Numbered from the stretch's first letter, positions 12,851 to 25,819 are shown. The stretch is DNA of 64,000 nucleotides from Dicyema japonicum (GCA_011109175.1 RDEW01000014.1:62001-126000), one strand, 5' to 3'. The notes: a model not told the origin generated them from the sequence alone. A program made the numbers and translations.

Positions 12851-13649
12851 ATGTCGGGGACCAGCTATAAATTAGCTAAAAAGATGATAACCATCGATTC
12901 TGCGTCCACAAATGAATTTTCATTAACACAAAATAAGGTCAAATCGGAGCGAGCCAGCTATTCTCACTGCCTCGTCCTCAGAACGTTGCCAATTTTACCA
13001 CATTGATAAACATTTCAACCAATATTTGTTGATTAATTTCTAGTCGTATTGAAGCAGTCCTTCTAGTATCATGTTGCTCTCAGGAACTCTTTCTTTTTCA
13101 AAAACATATCTTAATGTGATTTCAGATTAATTCGGTCATTTAGATCATTATGGAAATGTTTTCATAAACGTCCACAGATTTTGAAATAAGAGAAGTGGTA
13201 ACGTCAGAATAAACCAATGGCATCCACATTTGTTGCGAATAATATTAAGGATACTAATAGCATCTATAGTCATCAATTGTCTATTTAAAAAAAACTTTAA
13301 CGGTTGACCTAATTTTACGGTTAAGGAGAAATATGACCTATTTTTACGTTCAAGTAAAAAGAACATCGGAGGTTGAAAATCTTTTAGTCCTGATAGATCA
13401 ATATGTAACCAAAATCGCACAAAAAATTATTTTGTCATTAATTGATTACCTTATTCGAATTTTTTAATATTTCTCATAAAATCAATTCGAGAGAGCGAAT
13501 GTTAGTCATTCGTTACTTAGAACAATATCATCTATTTGATTCTAAAGAAAGCAAAAGATTTTCCCATCATACTCAGGCTAACTACTTCATACTGCTTTGT
13601 GTTGACTTACGTCTATCCTCCAAAATTAGACCAATTTAATTAACTTGCT

Positions 13650-13880
13650 GTACTCTTGTCTGAACAAAATTTTTCATTTACCCTGCAGTACTCTTGTTAG
13701 AAAAAGAAATAGATATCATCATACTTCAAAACCAAAATCCAGGTCATCCGCATATCATAATTCCTAGATAGAAGTAAGACAATCTTTATCTCTCAAATTA
13801 CGAAGAGCAGGTAGACAACAAAAGGATTGGTTATTGTGAGTCAACTTCTGAAATGTCAATGAGCGTAGCCTCTCTTCAGA
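13650..13880 (-). mobile_element. RTE-like RT core fragment inside the inverted duplication (partner ~34520-34760 +)
   Basis: The partner copy reads FVVYLVAALRYLR...LIYADDLDF. Confidence 0.65.
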
Positions 13881-14149
13881 TTCACTTAAAATTTGATTTT
13901 TGCGTAAATTGACCTGTAATTAAACATTATTCAAAAGTATAAAACTTTTTGACACAATTTTTAAACATTTTGATAAAGTTACTAAACATTAAGGCAAAGT
14001 TATTAGACATTTTTGACAAATTTATTAAATTTTATGGTAAAATTATTAAACAAATCGGAAAACCACGTCAATTGTGTGAATTTAATTAAATTATTTTTTA
14101 ATTTTATTTTTTTAATCCAACACTTTATTTAATAAAATTATTATTAATT

Positions 14150-15410
14150 ATGACGACTGTATTTCATGTAGTAATTTTTATTTCTTGTGGTTATCGTATA
14201 TTCATTATTTTGGTATTTAATCTTATAGATGTTCACTTTTTTCGTGTTAAACTTGTCATTTGATATTTTGACATCACAGAATTTATGCAAAAACGAATTA
14301 ATAATGCATGAAACAATGTATTAAATATAAATTATTAAGATATTGGATTAATTGTACATATTCGATAACTGGCCTACCTGATTTTAAAGTAGTTGCATTA
14401 TTCGTTAAAAATATTAAAATTAAACCTGATGTCAACTTTTCATTATTGGGAATGAAGTTAGATGAATTGTAATTATTATTAAATATTCATAGTCGATGTG
14501 GTTATTATGATGAAAGTTTAAAAACTGTAGACAACAAAACATTCCCACCTACTATTAAGTACATGTTACATATTTTTTTAAAATTATAGAGATTTTCAAT
14601 ACTGTGATTCCCTCAAATTCATATCGATCGAATTTGCGGAAAATTTATCACTGCTATTCGATATGTAGTTTTTTTGTAATTAATGTAGATTTTTCCTCGA
14701 GGAATAAATGTTATTCAACTTTTTAAAGTTATTCCCAACATTGTTTATATATAAGTATTTTTAATAATAATAATATAGTGTTATCGTTTGCACTGATTCA
14801 TTCGATAATCCAGAGGCGTATGATATTATATTTAGTATAGATATGTAGGAGTAACTAGTATACAATTAATTCTCAAAGATATTACATTGTATATGTCGAA
14901 AGTAATATATTTAGAAAAGACGGCATGCGGACAAGTGAATTACGTAATTAATAATGTTATTTCAGTCTGCAGTGCCAATAAAAACAAGTATAATGTACTT
15001 GGAACTTGCGGAGTTAAATTTAACATTTAACTAACTTAATCGTTCATTTTTCTGGGATATAAATTGTGTTAATTAATTCAAATTTATTAAGTTTTAATTA
15101 ATATCCTGGTTGGACAACTGAATCACACAGCTATATTCTTGTCTCTAAAAGAATTATTTCACTTCAAAAAACGATTACAGAAAGAATCGACTTAGATAAG
15201 TGTTAAAGAACGGACGGTTTTCCTCAGATTTATGCAGAACGACGTAAGCATTATCCTAATTAATCACATAAGGACTTAAACTATTAGCTTTACTCACACA
15301 CGAATACTCTCAAATGAAAAGGAATATGTTCAAACAGTTGAGAAAGATGATGGGACTATAGACTCATATGGAACATCTTCATTTTACTGCGAATAGTGCA
15401 ATTTAAACCA
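14150..15410 (+). pseudogene. Unidentified intron-rich gene, disrupted (copy 1)
   Basis: Begins ATG-MTTVFHVVIFISC. About eight GT-AG introns of ~22-39 nt sit at the same positions in both copies, with conserved exon peptides (YWINCTYSITGLPDF, VCxDSFxxxEAYDIIFSID, YNVLGTCG, DGFPQIYAER); in-frame stops present. Confidence 0.5.
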
Positions 15411-15989
15411 AAATAGAGTTGTCTAATAAAATATTTTGACCTGAAGGGTTTATGCAACATTTTTCGAAAGACTCCGAAATTGATCAAAACACTCGCTGAA
15501 GACAAAGACGTTTATCTTCCCTCCTATAAAGAACTCAGTAAAACGAAGCACAAAATTAATAAAAACCAACCATACCCCCTTTCTAGAACACCAATTCGGG
15601 TAATTCTTATCAAATACTCCAAAACAAAACCAAACATAACTAGATCCTCCACAAACATACAGGTACACACCGACAGCTTGAATCACACCAAGTTCAACTT
15701 GAGAATGAAATACGCACAACATCTACGCCACGAGCTCCAGCACCCCCTTGAAGTTCCGTCTTACACGAACTTGAATCTGCCAAATCGTAACTAATGTGTA
15801 GTTCAGAATGTAATTCAGCGGGGAATTCTTCGAGAGATGATCTTTGAGAAATTCTTTTGAATAATTAACTATTGTTGTTCCGTTCACTCAAATCCTTGAA
15901 ATCCAGTATAAAAAAACACTCTACCAAGAATTTAAAAAACTTTGATTTGAAAGACCATCGAGCAGTGGAGATCCAAGAAGTTGAGGATT

Positions 15990-17090
15990 TTTTAGTAGAA
16001 GAACTAATTTGAAGGACAAACTTGAAGCTTCGGTGATTTGATATTTCCCCTGTATATAATCTTTCAGTCAGTTTGATGGCTTTTTTCTGAGTTGCGGAGA
16101 TTTTCTGAGTTTTCGTATAAAAGGCCAGTGGTCCCTATGAAGTACACGCATATGAAATGCATGGTTTAATGTACTGTTAGTATAGCGTTTTATGTATAGG
16201 GTGATGTCCAATTTTCCACAGACCTGTTAGGTATTTCTTTTCACATTTGTTCAGCACGTTAGTATCGAAAGTCAGACCCAATTGTTTTTGATGACGGAAA
16301 ATTAATCTAAATTAATGGAAATCATTTTTTGTGATGTAGTAAAATTTTTACTGAGTTAATTCTTTATTCTTGGTGGTCTTGTGGTTTTAAAATATATAAA
16401 GTGGACTTTGATATGGTATTAAGGGAAAGATGGTGGTCCCAGCAAAGGTTTCGCCGCTTAAAAAGGAAATGGTCATCCCATAGGATGTTTCCCCATTAAA
16501 GGACTGGTTTGACCAAAGAAGGGTGTTTGGCATCATCCATAGATCGTCTAAAGATTTCTTTCAACGCCGTGTGTTGTAGATTTTATAGAGTTCTCCTAAC
16601 ATTGCAAGTTCTTTAACAAACTAGGGAAACTGAAATCATTTCCTTTGAACATCAACACTTTCACTCCTACTGAGGTTTTCAATAAAATTGTTTTATAAAA
16701 ATAAGGATGTAACCTTTGAATGGATTCAGAAAATGTTATTTTTTGATCACATGTATACAAAATAGGGTCAACTGCAAGTAATTGGAAGAAGGAAGTGGCT
16801 AGTTCTTACGAGCCCTCCAATGGTCAACATTCGCTCGGAACCGATCTGCTAGAGAGAATTGTGTTTTCCAAGATTATTCAAGGAACAGAAGTAGTCATGA
16901 GTGTAGGCTTTTTTGTCAGCCTCTTAGCATCAAAAGAAGTTATTAGTTATTTTAGCAAACAATTTGGAGGGATTGTAGATGAATATATTCTTTGGCTATG
17001 TCACTTTATTAATATTGTTGATTGTAATTTTACTTCAATTGTGATTGTGAAAATTGCCGTTTGCTAACTTGAGAAGTAAAGCGCCATTAG
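15990..17090 (-). mobile_element. Jockey-like LINE RT remnant
   Basis: KPTLMTTSVPxIILENTI, FNGETS...LLGPPSF, KQLGLTFDT, LY*QYIKPCISYAC. Confidence 0.7.
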
Positions 17091-17169
17091 GCCAAGAGTA
17101 TGTGCAATGAGTATCAGCCATTAGGGCTAGTCATGAAGAAAACTTAATATCAACATAGAAGGGGACGTT

Positions 17170-17790
17170 CACGCAGCTGTATTATTAGTGTCTTGTGACG
17201 AATCACTGTTGAAGCCGTGCCGAAAAGTCTTGGAGTTACTGAGAAAAAAGCACTCTGCTCCACCACCGAACCAGCGGAACTTGACAATGCTAGAAGACTT
17301 CCCGGCTTTTACTCCCACTGAATGTGAAGTATGTATATCAGGATATTTCTTCAACCATTTCAGCTCAAAACCAATTGGGCTTAAGTGTCAATGTTATGAA
17401 GTCGAAAGTGATCAATATTTCCTGCTCATCTCCAAGCATTTCTACTGCCTGCCAAGAAATTAGATCCTAACTTCCATGTTTTAGCACATCCTCCTTGGAC
17501 AAGGCACACATCCTCGGCTACCCTCTCGGAAACGACGAGCTAAAAAACTGCTCAACCAGTAAGCATAATGAAGTTGAAGCCTTTACAAAAAGAGTATCAT
17601 CTTTATCCTCATTGTCGTTCTTATTGCTCAAGAAATGTAGTTCCATGTCGAAGTTGATGTAAATTTTGAGATGTTCACCATGTTTTGAACACCGGAAAGC
17701 AGTATCGTCGGCTGATGGGACTCTGAGACGACCGGCGGAGTCAATACTGAATGTCAAATTCGATGATCTGGGCTGGACAATGTGCAAATA
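17170..17790 (-). mobile_element. Probable LINE ORF1 zinc knuckle / APE remnants
   Basis: Frameshifted CFRCSKHGEH (CCHC-like) near 17670-17710; weak APE-like FRHGFNS downstream. Confidence 0.35.
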
Positions 17791-17819
17791 CCTGAGAGAA
17801 ATGGGGTCATTGTGTTAAG

Positions 17820-18260
17820 ATCCCCCATTGCCTTCCTAATCTTCATCCCTTCCGAGATGCAGTCGCTTGGTCCAAGAGATCCTATGTAACGCAATCGGAC
17901 ATACCTTGGACTCGGAGCTTGATAGAGTTAGCAAGTTGTGGGGAGAGTTTGGCTTTGAATTTCAGTCGAACTATGCTTGCCAGAAGAGTTGCTTGCAAAT
18001 CAACACCGACGAGCAAGCATTAAGTCAGCCGCACATCGCGAAATGGACTCTGGCTCGAGCCCCTTCCGTGCCCATATCTGGGGACCCTCCTTAACGAAAA
18101 CAGCCTGAGGATCGGGGTGGCACTGCCCTAGACTGGACATATGCCAGAAACGCAAATTTTGTTGCGGGGGGACGTTGATACGAAAGGCTTACATCCACTC
18201 TCTTGCCGACGAAGTGCTGGTCGAGCCTCGCGTCATGCAGCCCTCAATGACATCGTCAGA
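17820..18260 (+). mobile_element. CRE-like non-LTR element, zinc-finger region upstream of REL
   Basis: SLRIGVAL...[30 protein letters not shown] matches the DxxGxHxLSC...GRxxRHxxLNDI motif. Confidence 0.75.
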
Positions 18261-19499
18261 TTATTCGTATTTGAAGACAATATCTAAATCAGTGGCGTAG
18301 AAAATAAAAGTCATTGATAAAAAATGACATTGCTCTTTTACACGTATCAACAAACTAATATGTCGTCCAGTAGCCGTAGTGAATTTATTCAGCATCAAAG
18401 ATTTCACTTACAGTTGTATGTAACTGTCTGAGTTAAGAGATAGGTCAGACTCAGACTCAGCTGGCGTATTGTCACTCATGAATGTAAGGCTATCGTTCAA
18501 AGTGCATGCTTGTATCCTCCCTGCAATTTCAGAGAGCACTATCGTCGCTGATGGGACTCTGAGACGATCGGCTGATTTTAGATTAAAAACTCGAACAGTC
18601 ATATTGAGATCCGATCACTATCTTTCATTTTGTAAAAAAATTCCATGAGAAGGAATAGTCATGCAGTTTGGGGGCCTCTGTGTGACATTTGTTCAAGTAG
18701 CTATCATTTACATTACACTTTTTGTAATTTGTTCCGAAGACCACAATGTACTTGACATTTTCTTTAATTTTCTGTGCATCGCAATTGTTTGGAGAGAGAA
18801 AACGAAAACAATAATTTAAAGTCTCTTTAAATGGTCTGAGAGATGTTATCCATCCATTAAATGGAAAAGTCAACTTTGTACTTGTCAGATGTACTGAACT
18901 CAGATTTGACAACAACATCGGGATATCTTGCTGGCATTTATGGAACTTTCCCAGATGAAATTTGACGCTTAAATGAAGATGGTAGACTTTTATGACAAAA
19001 GATTTACTTCTATTTGTACGTCTTTAATAATCCTTTAGAAATGTTTCCGTCAGATTATTCGGATTTATCTAAATCAGTGGTGGAGAGAATAAAGTCTCTG
19101 ATGAGGATGATTTGAACCCAATCATGGATTTTTCAAATATCAGGCAGAAAATGACATTGGATCTCAGCATTCTAATAGTTGCCCTTAGAATCAAAAAATG
19201 ACCTTAAAAGTGAATTAAATTGTCCTGCTGTGGATGCTTCTTTCACCTCGGATGTTTGAAGATCTCAGGCCTCCATTTACGCCCTTGGGATATGGCACTG
19301 CCAGAGGGAAGAGCAATTCTAATGGTATTGCACTCGCAGGATTCTGCTGTGCATTTGATTTCTTTTTGTAGCACGGCGTTCAAACAACTAGCAACGCGTC
19401 GGACAGAGAAAATATCAGAATGATGAGATAATCGGAATGACACGTCGCGTTGCCAGTAAACAGTGTTTATGTTTTAGCACGTGCTATGTTTCGACTATT

Positions 19500-19900
19500 C
19501 TTGCCGTTAGCCTTCTCCATTCCTTACGTTATCTTGTTCGCCTCCTGATTTCGTCCACATCGTCTGTGTCCATCAATGGGCCCCGATCACAGCATAATCC
19601 TCCGCAAGTGTCCTGGAAAGAAAACTCTTGGACGTCCTCTGAATGTAGAAAATTCAGTAAGGCCGAAAAATTTTTCCATGGAGTTATTGTATGGTGTTTC
19701 TTCACCCATCCATTGAATTTGTCCAAAAAGGCGCCAGCGGGCTTCTAGTACGTTCAGACATTTTATTCAATCAGTCTGTACAATTCATCCTAGGAGTTTT
19801 CTTAGCTTCTTTGAAATGAGTCGAGTTGTTTAATGCATTTCTTTGATGTATACCAAGTATTTTCGTTGTACCCGAGTACTGGTCGTACAATTTTATTGTA
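19500..19900 (-). mobile_element. RTE-like LINE 3' coding end
   Basis: KILGIHQRNALNNSTHF...GQIQWM...MEKFF...FRGRPR; homologous to the C-terminus of the 37743-38459 ORF. Confidence 0.65.
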
Positions 19901-19912
19901 TATTCCTAACCA

Positions 19913-20095
19913 CCGGGTGACATAGTGGTTAGGTATCGGGTTAAAGTGACTTAGGTTACGATGCTATAAGGGTTTGACTAATGACGACATCATCAGTGGA
20001 TACTCACTTCGGAACTAGATTGTCTAGAAAAGACACACACACAAGAAAAATAAAAAAAGTGAAGATCCTTCTTCGGTTCTACGATTAGTTAAAAT
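19913..20095 (+). mobile_element. Partial SINE copy (same family as 38690-38990), truncated by a hAT end
   Basis: Shares catcagtg.atactcact..ggaact.gattgtctagaaa.gacac.cacacaagaaaa...gtgaagatc...ctacgattagttaaaat with the reverse complement of 38785-38915. Confidence 0.7.
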
Positions 20096-20520
20096 CAGGG
20101 TTGTTAGAATTAAATCATTTAATTTTAATCAACAAAAAAATCAATGATTTAAATCACTAAAAAATCAAACAAATCATTTAAATTTTTTTAATGTCTGGAA
20201 AAATCGTGATGCCTTTTGGGTTTACTTTGATAAACGTATTATTCCTGAAAAGACCAGGAGTCGAGCCAGATGCTGTAATTGTGGGAAGGAGATACAAGCT
20301 CACACATCTCGGATAAGGCTGCATCATTTGTTATGTCGAACTAATATTGATATCTGAAAATCGTCGAAACATGAAAGTGATTTGATCAGCGAATTCCTTC
20401 CAAGATAAGGACCAGTCTTTAATCAATTTTGTTACTACAACGACGTCATCGAAGAAAAATTTAATTGATATGCAAGTCGCTAGATACATATATCAGGTTT
20501 TTAAAAATTGGATAATGACT
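20096..20520 (+). mobile_element. hAT transposon 5' end with BED zinc finger, truncated
   Basis: CAGGGTTG terminus and ATTTAAATCA-type subterminal repeats. ATG at 20191 gives MSGKNRDAFWVYFDK...RARCCNCGKEIQAHTSRIRLHHLLC, then LIDMQVARYIY. Confidence 0.75.
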
Positions 20521-20875
20521 GAATTCTTTCAGATGTTAGAGGGAGTGTGCACAACTGCCAAATAGTTTTGTATGTCGTGAGTATCAATCTTGCCTCTAGC
20601 TCAAAGTGTTTTAAATGACTCAAAGACACTCTATCAGGGCCACAGGCATGGGGGTTTCGTAGAGAGAAAACGCTCCATCAACTTGTTCGGCAGTAAAAAA
20701 TATCATGTTAGGGGTTCGTTTAGTTCTTAATGAACGAGTGTTGATGCTGAAAGGTTTTGGACGTTTTTTATTTATTTATAAATTGATACATAAAATTTAA
20801 TTAAAATTTAAAAGTTCAACTATTTATAATTTGGCTTTTAATAAAAATGGTGTCGTTCCGACGACAGCCAAGTTG

Positions 20876-21830
20876 TTAACCTTAAAATTCAGGGATCTGG
20901 AGGAGTCCTCCTTGATGGGAATGGATTGGAGCATCAGACAAGATTTGAGTGCTCTATAGACACTCCAAAATAGTCATCGGCTGAGGATTAGAAGCATTGT
21001 GAGGAGTACAGTCGCATGCTACAGCGGACCCTTCCAAAGTAAGTTTCAGGACTAGAAAAGAGTTGTATTCCTCAGCTAGCTACTTTAGGAGTGGAAATCA
21101 CTATGCGGAGATCAAAGTAGTGGATTAGATTTACGACAAATTTCTTTCCTCCAAGATGCGGATCGACAGAGTAAGCCAAGTCTGTGTTATGATCCACATT
21201 GGAAGTCGAGACTGGATCACCAACTCTCTACTTGTTAGTTCATTGATTCAACCTAGATACTCTGGTTAATTGGATAAGTCTATGAGAATAGACCAGATTG
21301 ATGTGGTTGACCCGCAACTACCATGTGCAATGATCAGCTCAGAAGAAGGCCAGAATTATTAAAGGCGATGGCTGCAGCGGTCAACTATTTTGATGAACCA
21401 ATCTTCTATGACCTTTCTTATGCGCCAGGTTTTGTTTTTAGTCATTTGAAGATCTTATACAAACAATTTGATACTTCCAGAAGTGTAGGACATGCACGTG
21501 GTATATGACGTCTCGCCTAACATCGCTAAAATGGAGGAACATGTGGTTGATGGGAGACGGATGCAGCTTTTAGTCTATGGGAAGGGATCAGCCCGACCCT
21601 TTCCTCCTCATCATCCTATGACCCTTGTCGATTACCAAGTTTGTTAGAGTTTATATTAGTAGTTGAATGATCTGCTCAGGACGATGGACACGTGCAGCTG
21701 TGTGCTGACTGACAGACGTGGGGTTTTGAGACATTAGGAATCAGGGCGCGGGAAAGACTCTTTCCCGAGCGAAGGCGAGATGATGAAGATATGTTGGAAG
21801 TAATGAGACAGAAGGTAATCTCTATCAGAG
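20876..21830 (+). pseudogene. RTCB: RNA 3'-phosphate/5'-OH ligase RtcB pseudogene fragment (central to C-terminal part) retaining introns
   Basis: [109 protein letters not shown]. Introns at 21234-21256 (23 nt) and 21639-21659 (21 nt); many stops and frameshifts. Confidence 0.92.
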
Positions 21831-21861
21831 TGGCCTCTCCGTCGACCGCGTAAATAGTAAC

Positions 21862-23140
21862 TAGGGCAACATTTTTATTGACTTAAAAAATGAAAATTGC
21901 CTTTAAAAAGTCAATTTAATTAATCTTAAAATTTTAAAAATTGACCTAAAAAATACTAGTTACAACTTTATTTTCATGTATAAACTACGCTTATGAAAAT
22001 TTAAAGTAATTTTATTTATCGTTTATCGAGTGAATGACAATTAAGTAATATTTTACATTATCCGCTTTAAAATTCCTACCCTGACGTTCAATCAACAAAG
22101 AATAATCTAAAGGTGAAATGGAATGATCATCAAAAATTTATTTTGTGATATCATTAGGATTCTTTTGTTAATATATTTTTTATTATTACTTACGTCTTCT
22201 TTAAAATCCAATTTTTTAATAATTGTATGCTTTATAGTAAAATTGGTCGATTCTAAATCATCCGGCAAATGTAATAAATGTGAATATTGTGATATTATCG
22301 TCGTTAGATCTTCATGAAGTTGTCCATGAAATAAACATTCTTTCGCTCTTTTAATAAGCAAAGAATCTCCTTCAAGAAAAGTGCATACTTGAATAACATT
22401 TGGCAGGTTTGTAACATAGGAAGAAACAGCTTTAAGCCAGCTTCCCCATCTTGTAACTATTGGTTCTGGTGGGTACCCGATTTTTTAAAAAATTGTCTTC
22501 GATAATTGTTCTTTACAACAAGTGCTTGGACACAAGCAATCAATTTGTCGACTTCTGGATAATTTAATTTTATTTTAAGTGCACAATTATGCACTAAATG
22601 AGCAAAATATGTGATATGATATAGATTAGAATACCATTAATTTTCCGAATAGTGTCATCAATAATTTGACTGATGATAGACAAATTCGGAGAGGAATCAA
22701 TATTTATACAATCTATTAGGTAAGAGATTTGCAGATTTGCCAACGTTCCAACTAGACAATTAACAAATTTGTTTCTCCCAACATCAGTTTCGTCCACAAT
22801 CAAAAAACCTTAACAATTAAATTATTCAAACTAACTTTCTTATTTGAAATTAAATAAATTATTTTGGATATCATTTGTTGAGCTAAAATTTCAACTTTAT
22901 TGCGGCAAGTAACTCTGAAGGAAATGGATGCCCAATACTTTTGAATAAATTGATAATTGCTCGATTCCTCAATACAAGTTACGGGTAACTCAAATAATTT
23001 ACAAAAAAAACATTCCATTCAGTGTAATTGAAAACTCTGAGATATTTGTCACAAATATTTTTAGCTTTTTTAAAATCGGTCTTTGCGAATTGATCCCCTT
23101 TAGGATCAAATGAGAAAATGCTTCACACTCACAATCTTTT
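21862..23140 (-). mobile_element. hAT transposase remnant, same family as 643-1946
   Basis: MIVDETDVGRNKFVNCLVG, HNCALKIKLNYPEVDKLIACVQALVVKN, PPEPIVTRWGSWLKAV; TAGGGCAAC terminus at 21862. Confidence 0.8.
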
Positions 23141-23249
23141 ATTCGTTACCTTTATAAAGCTGTCTGGTTCATCCATTCCTTAAACGTATAATAGCTAATT
23201 TATTCAACCCACCTGACTAATAAGGATCAACAGCTAAAAACTATATCAA

Positions 23250-24400
23250 ATAAGTTCAAAATAAAATGAACAAAAAATCAAGTAGAATTGACCAAGGAAG
23301 AGAGTGAAAATGGGAATGCAGCCACACATTAAGCTAAAATTCTTGAAGACCATGAAAAGATTCCTCCGAACAGAATCAAAATGACAGAATTGACAAGAAC
23401 CATAACTACAACCTCCCAATGGAAATAAAAACTGTAGAAACTGCAATTTCTCCCACTCGCCGTACGAATCCACTGAATCAAAATAGATATGACCCCCGTG
23501 AAAGTCATCTTCGATATCCAGTAGATCATGTTAATACAAAATAGCCCCAAATTAATGACCACAAAGTCAGACAAATCCATAAGGCAGTAGTTCAAAGGGA
23601 AGATAAACGATGAGATGAATAAACGGACAGTACAAAATCCAACAGTGTAATCTGGTTATTTTAATTGATGCCTTCAAAGCGGACATCTTTTGGAGTGTTT
23701 TGGAGAAAGAAAAGGAGTTAGAATATCAATAGGAGATTCCGGCAAAGAAAATAAAGTTGTCGATTTGATTACTGCCGAAATTGGCTCTTTCTGGAAGTAC
23801 TTGGGTCACAAAATACCATGTACAAAGATGGAGGACAGAAATATAGGACAAGCTGTTGAGGACTGATTTTGCAAAAAAATAAAAAATAGACAGCGATAGC
23901 AACACGAACATGTGGATTACTTAATTTATTAAAATAGGGGTACCATAGAATTCAGAAATGTTTGTAATTCAACTATGTTCCACATGAGTCCTATATTTGA
24001 ATGTAGAATCAACTTATTTGCCTTCCTGACTTCAAAACGGAAAACAAATCAGACGGAAACAACTTAGAATGCGGCCATGAGGGAAGATAACAAACAAGAA
24101 AAGGTCCATAAGAAAGACTTCAAATAAGTATAATTTCCAAAAAAAGTAGATAAAAATCCCTGGAATGGATTAAACTGAGTGCAAATTTACCCCCGAATAG
24201 AAGAACTATGAATGAATCCACTTGGTTCCCCAACAACATCATTTGAATGCCTATAGTGTGTGAATCCTCGTCACAAATTTCCCTGATAACAGATTTTATA
24301 AGAATGTTCTAAACTACAGTTAAATCAACAAAACCTGTAAAAATCAGGTAAAAATCTTAAAACAAGAGGGAGACCAAAAAGGTCGAAAACCCAGAAGACA
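23250..24400 (+). mobile_element. Very degenerate non-LTR retrotransposon remnant
   Basis: SFWKYLGHK near 23790 and A-rich coding-like strand bias; no other clear motif. Confidence 0.3.
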
Positions 24401-24539
24401 CGATTAAAATAACATTCGTGACGAAAATCGCTTGGAGGGTGGAGGGCTGTGGTAGATATTCTGTAAAAAAATATCAAACAAAATAGTTAATGTTAGAATC
24501 AAAAAACCTCCATGTAATCTGTCTTGTGAAGAATGCATC

Positions 24540-25030
24540 TCGATAATGTCTTCATCTCAAATCAGTGGCGAAACCATTAAATAAAGCTTTCTTTCTTATC
24601 TTCCTTGGCCAATTCAAACAGACAATTGTCCTCACTTTCCTTCATGAAAAGAGTCTATCCGCTGTTCCTCAACCTTGGACATCGCCCACTTTGATGAATT
24701 ATATAGTCTTTCTCCATTGTTTATCCTATCTTATTTCTAATCTTCTGACTTCCACTATTTGCGTTTTGCGAACATTGATGGTTAGGTAGCACATTTTTGA
24801 GTTAATAGAGAGCTACTTCCAATAGGCGAATGAGCGCTGCTCTATCTCTCGATATGAAGTCGACGTCGTCAGTATATATGGATTCTTCTATATTACCTTC
24901 ATAAAATCTTCGAAGATCACGTAGCGCCGTTTCCAAGAATAGACAAATAGCAAGATGAAAGGGGGTGCCTTGAGAAGTACTTACATCATGTAGGAATTTC
25001 TTTAGGCAGTTTTTCTAATTTGAACTCAAC
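24540..25030 (-). mobile_element. RTE-like RT core to C-terminal fragment
   Basis: VSTSQGTP...LFLETALRDLRR...IYTDDVDFISRD...TINVRKT. Confidence 0.75.
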
Positions 25031-25819
25031 TTCGTGTTTAATAGGAAAAACTTTTATCATTTTCTCAATGGAAGCACATTGTGTATATTTTCGTTTTGCA
25101 TTTAATATTTATATATTTTTTTAATATTTTAATTAATATTTATTTTTTATTTTATAATTTAAGGTCGATTGGAATCTTATTGGGCGGTTTTTTTTTAAAA
25201 AAAATTATCCATGTTTCTGCGCAACCAACGAGAAGAGCGTAATTATTTAAGTTGTGTATAATAATACAAATGTTAATAATTTTCACATGTTGCTGTCAAA
25301 ACAGACATTCAACATGGGTGCTGCCCAGTCACCTACCCCCACCACCTACAAATAAGTTGTAGTTCTAATACTAGTCTAGGTGGTGCTGGTAACCTAGACC
25401 ACAAAGAAGCTCTAACAATGCTGACTTAATGGTAACTATTAAGTACTAACATGCCCATTATGTGATAATCAAACATGTCATCCAGTTTGGTATTCTCCCA
25501 TCTCCTCGATCGACAATTGAAGCGAAACTATTAGCTTCAAAGCATTTAACTAAAAATCTTTAGTTAGTTAGTTAAAAGCTTCTTCGCGTAACCCTAAAAG
25601 GGTTTAACTTGAGCCATGCTTTACAGCCATCCTTTTCGCCATTCTCGACCAAAAAAATCTTTACTTGTTTTTTTCAGAAATTCTTAAAAATCCTCAAAAA
25701 TGGGGAAAATATGAACACTGATTTACATGTGGGAAAAATATGAACATGAGACCGACAGTAAAATTTGAAAATTTCTACTCGTCCTTATAATCGGCTTACT
25801 CCTCCCTGTCTAGCTCATA

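Larger units (their letters stand above)
12721..15795 (+). repeat. Inverted segmental duplication, copy 1 (partner 32645-35672)
   Basis: Reverse-complement collinearity followed across ~3 kb, e.g. cccaagcaatgtttcaaccattagcg vs cgctaatggtcgaaacatggcttggg and gttccaagtacatt/aatgtacttggaac. Roughly 80-90% identity by eye. Confidence 0.95.

Noticed and set aside
13390-13480. Kinase-like CDFG motif (also at ~34980)
   Set aside because: No HRDxKxxN, VAIK or APE motifs in register; neighbouring sequence is retroelement debris (YADD in the partner copy).
15200-15400. Metalloprotease (reprolysin-like) assignment for the duplicated unknown gene
   Set aside because: LLTHEYSQ lacks the second His of HExxH, and the other copy reads THDYS.
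20876-21830. Bacterial RtcB operon or phage-defence locus
   Set aside because: The peptide is eukaryote-type (GMDWSxR, PPHHPxxxVDYQ), has spliceosomal introns and has no prokaryotic neighbours.
25373-25398. 8-bp hairpin GTCTAGGT...ACCTAGAC
   Set aside because: A single short stem is expected by chance in 64 kb and has no supporting context.
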